A DNA stretch of 64,000 nucleotides from Mobula hypostoma (taxonomy: Eukaryota): positions 33,356,001 to 33,420,000 of the forward strand of contig NC_086122.1 of assembly GCF_963921235.1 (NCBI RefSeq), in the 5' to 3' direction. Every line of letters begins with the position of its first letter. The first letter of the stretch is position 1. Shown piece after piece: positions 61,478 through 64,000 of the stretch. Both the position numbers and the translations under genes were made by a program. A model generated the notes under the pieces. It was not told the origin of the DNA. It worked only from the letters and a program-made list of their open reading frames with translations, and ran no database searches.

Positions 61478-63314
61478 CTCAGCTGGCTTTTTACACCTAC
61501 AAGTGGAGTCTAGTTTTGTGAATAATGATACTAGATTCTGTTTTTTTTTAACAGTTTGATGTAGCAAGGAGCTACTAATCACTGCCTCGCTCCACCAGAT
61601 ATCCAGCTTCAGTCCTGAGCTCAGATGCTCTGTGTGGAGATTTGCACATCGTTCCTGTGACCTTGTGGGTTTCCTCTCACATCCAAAGATATGCAGGTTA
61701 GCAGGTCAAAGTAAATTACCCCTAATGTGGGTAAGTGTAGGATCTGGGGAGGGGGGTGCAGTTAAAGAGAATGTGGGGAGAATAAAGACTAGTATTAATG
61801 ATGGATTTGAGTAAAATGGACAGTTGATGGTTAACGTGGATGTGAAGGACCTGTTTTCATGCAGTATCTGTCAAGATCAGGAAGTATGGTTAGCAAAAAG
61901 AAAATCAAAGGAAATAAAGGTCTTTGTTTCAAGGTACCCTGTTTCCTATTTGAGGGTTGAGTACAACACCAGAATAGGGACATTTGAGAACAACTCTAGT
62001 GTTTATTCATTTCCATAGATGCTGCTTGAGTTCCTGAGATCCTCCGGCATTTTGTGTGTTGCTGTGGATTTCCAGCATCTGCAGAATCTCCTGTGTTTCT
62101 GTAGTTCAGGCTAAGCCTTTATCTCCGTTGCTCATGCGACTGCACACTCTTTAATGCATCCCTTTGCATAATAAGGAGTGTCAGAACTCCCGGGCCCTCA
62201 CCCCAATCCAGCTTTATTATTGACAGAATTTCCATGTCCTCAGCCTCTCTGTGAGAGTACACATCTTTCACAATGCTCTCCAAGAACGCCTCCTCAACCT
62301 CCCTTACATTTTTTGGAGGAGCCTGCAGATCATTTCTTATATCGTCTACAAATTCCTTTTTCTCTTTTGTTTTGCCTTGCATTTGTGAATTGTATTCTAC
62401 CTGAATGACTTACCTCACAGAGAACCTGAGTAATTTCCCCTGAGTTTTCCCTCAAGGGCAAAAGTAGCAAAACTGTGTGAACTTCTGTTTTATTTTAGAG
62501 AGACTGTGTGGAATAGGCCCTCCGAGCCGCACAGCTCAGCAAACACTGAATTAACCCTTGAAGTGTGGGAAGAAACCGGAAGACCGGGGGGGGGGGGGGG
62601 GGAATCTGCATTCCATGAGGATGTACAAAGTCCTTATAGATGATGTCATAATTGACCTCCAAGCTCTGATGCCCGGAGCTGTAACAGCATCGCATAGCTG
62701 ATTTGACTGGATACCACGCTCAGACACATCCCCCACCGCCCACTGGGTGTCCTGCCCATGGGTGATGGAGTCAAAGCAGAATGTCACTTCCAGTTGTACG
62801 CCTTCTATTCACCTAATTACTTGTTACCTGTTCTTGCTTGCGACATTTTGTTTGAGCAGGGGGCCAACAGCTTTCCCTGCTAAAGATTTTACGAAATAAT
62901 TTTCTGGTGGGTGAACCCCACCACTTGGTGTGGACTGACTTTGGGGTTCCTGAAAGTAGTATGGATTTGCACAATAGTGGTGGTTTCCAGGGTAATGTGG
63001 CTTCTTAGTTTTATCCCAAAGAATGGATCAAATTCTTGATGGTTCCTTCTGACTTTCTTTGTCCCCAGTCTGAACAATTTGATTTGATTGTTACCAGTTT
63101 CTTATATAATTAGACTGCATGTACCGTGGGAAAGGCCACTTCCACAATATTATATCTACCATACATTCTGTACTAGTGCATAGTTTCCTACAGTTGCTGG
63201 ATCTCCAATGTCCCATTCTTGCAGCTTCTGGTAATCAGTTTTCAATATTTCTGTACTGATTAGTTTTGGAGGAAAAGCATCTTATGTTGTTATGTTCTCC
63301 AGTCTTCTTCCTTG

Positions 63315-63462
63315 NNNNNNNNNNNNNNNNNNNNNNNNNNNNNNNNNNNNNNNNNNNNNNNNNNNNNNNNNNNNNNNNNNNNNNNNNNNNNNNNNNNNNN
63401 NNNNNNNNNNNNNNNNNNNNNNNNNNNNNNNNNNNNNNNNNNNNNNNNNNNNNNNNNNNNNN
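63315..63462. other. Assembly gap (148 N)
   Basis: Run of N. Confidence 0.99.
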
Positions 63463-64000
63463 GCACTTTGAACCCACAAATTTAACCCTAGCCTAATGAC
63501 CTACCAACCAGTAAATCTTTGGACTGTGGGAGGAAACCAGAGCATCCGGAGGAAACCCACGCAGTAACAGGGAGAACATGCAAATTCCTTACAGGCAGTG
63601 TCGGGAATTGAACCCGGGTCACCTGTACTGTAAAGCATTGTGCTAACCACTATGTTACCGTGCTGCCCCGATTTAATCCTCCTTTCTCATCTTACTGGAG
63701 GACTAAGGATTATTAAATACCACATCCCTTCTAATCCCAAAAGGATCCTTAAAATGTGTCCCTAATTCACCTTGCACCACCTTTTTCAGAACACAGGTTG
63801 TCACATCATGTCTGCAGATCGCGGACCACAGTTGTGGGTGAAGCTCTCCCTAATTTTCCAGGCAAAGTTAACATAAGTGTTTTCGCAACTTCCCCAAAAC
63901 AAACTAATGAACGTGGACACTTTTAGGAAAACTTATAGAATTATAGAGCATGATTTGAGGTACAATTATAATATTTCATATCTTGAAGACACAAGAGACT

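Noticed and set aside
1-64000. CRISPR arrays, rRNA genes or prokaryotic operons
   Set aside because: Eukaryotic intron-containing locus; no regularly spaced repeat-spacer array or rRNA similarity seen.

Overview
Repeat-rich vertebrate genomic DNA, most likely a cartilaginous fish (ray or shark), inferred from its repeat content (CR1, V/HE1-type SINEs, Rex1/Babar, RTE, Penelope-like elements). Three complete spliced genes were assembled by hand, all with GT-AG introns and consistent phases: NUDC (minus, 9 coding exons, 27160->3268, 338 aa), NR0B2/SHP (plus, 2 exons, 41116-43555, 270 aa) and GPATCH3 (plus, 7 exons, 50768-61477, 488 aa). Their order and orientation match the human 1p36 block as I recall it. 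Most ORF-track entries are transposon debris. The main unexplained structures are: (1) a ~280-bp insert at 30.7-30.95 kb in which an RTE-LINE 3' end is interleaved with two adjacent but order-swapped pieces of CYHR1/ZFTRAF1 coding sequence; (2) about 11 minimal hammerhead-ribozyme motifs carried by Penelope-like elements, some in fold-back insertions with target-site duplications; (3) a perfect heat-shock element at the NUDC promoter; (4) gene-structure oddities (GPATCH3 exon 4 donor shift, SHP C-terminal extension and uORF, candidate alternative NUDC 3' exons). There is an assembly gap at 63315-63462. Homology calls rest on my recall of the human proteins, not on database searches, and repeat boundaries are approximate.
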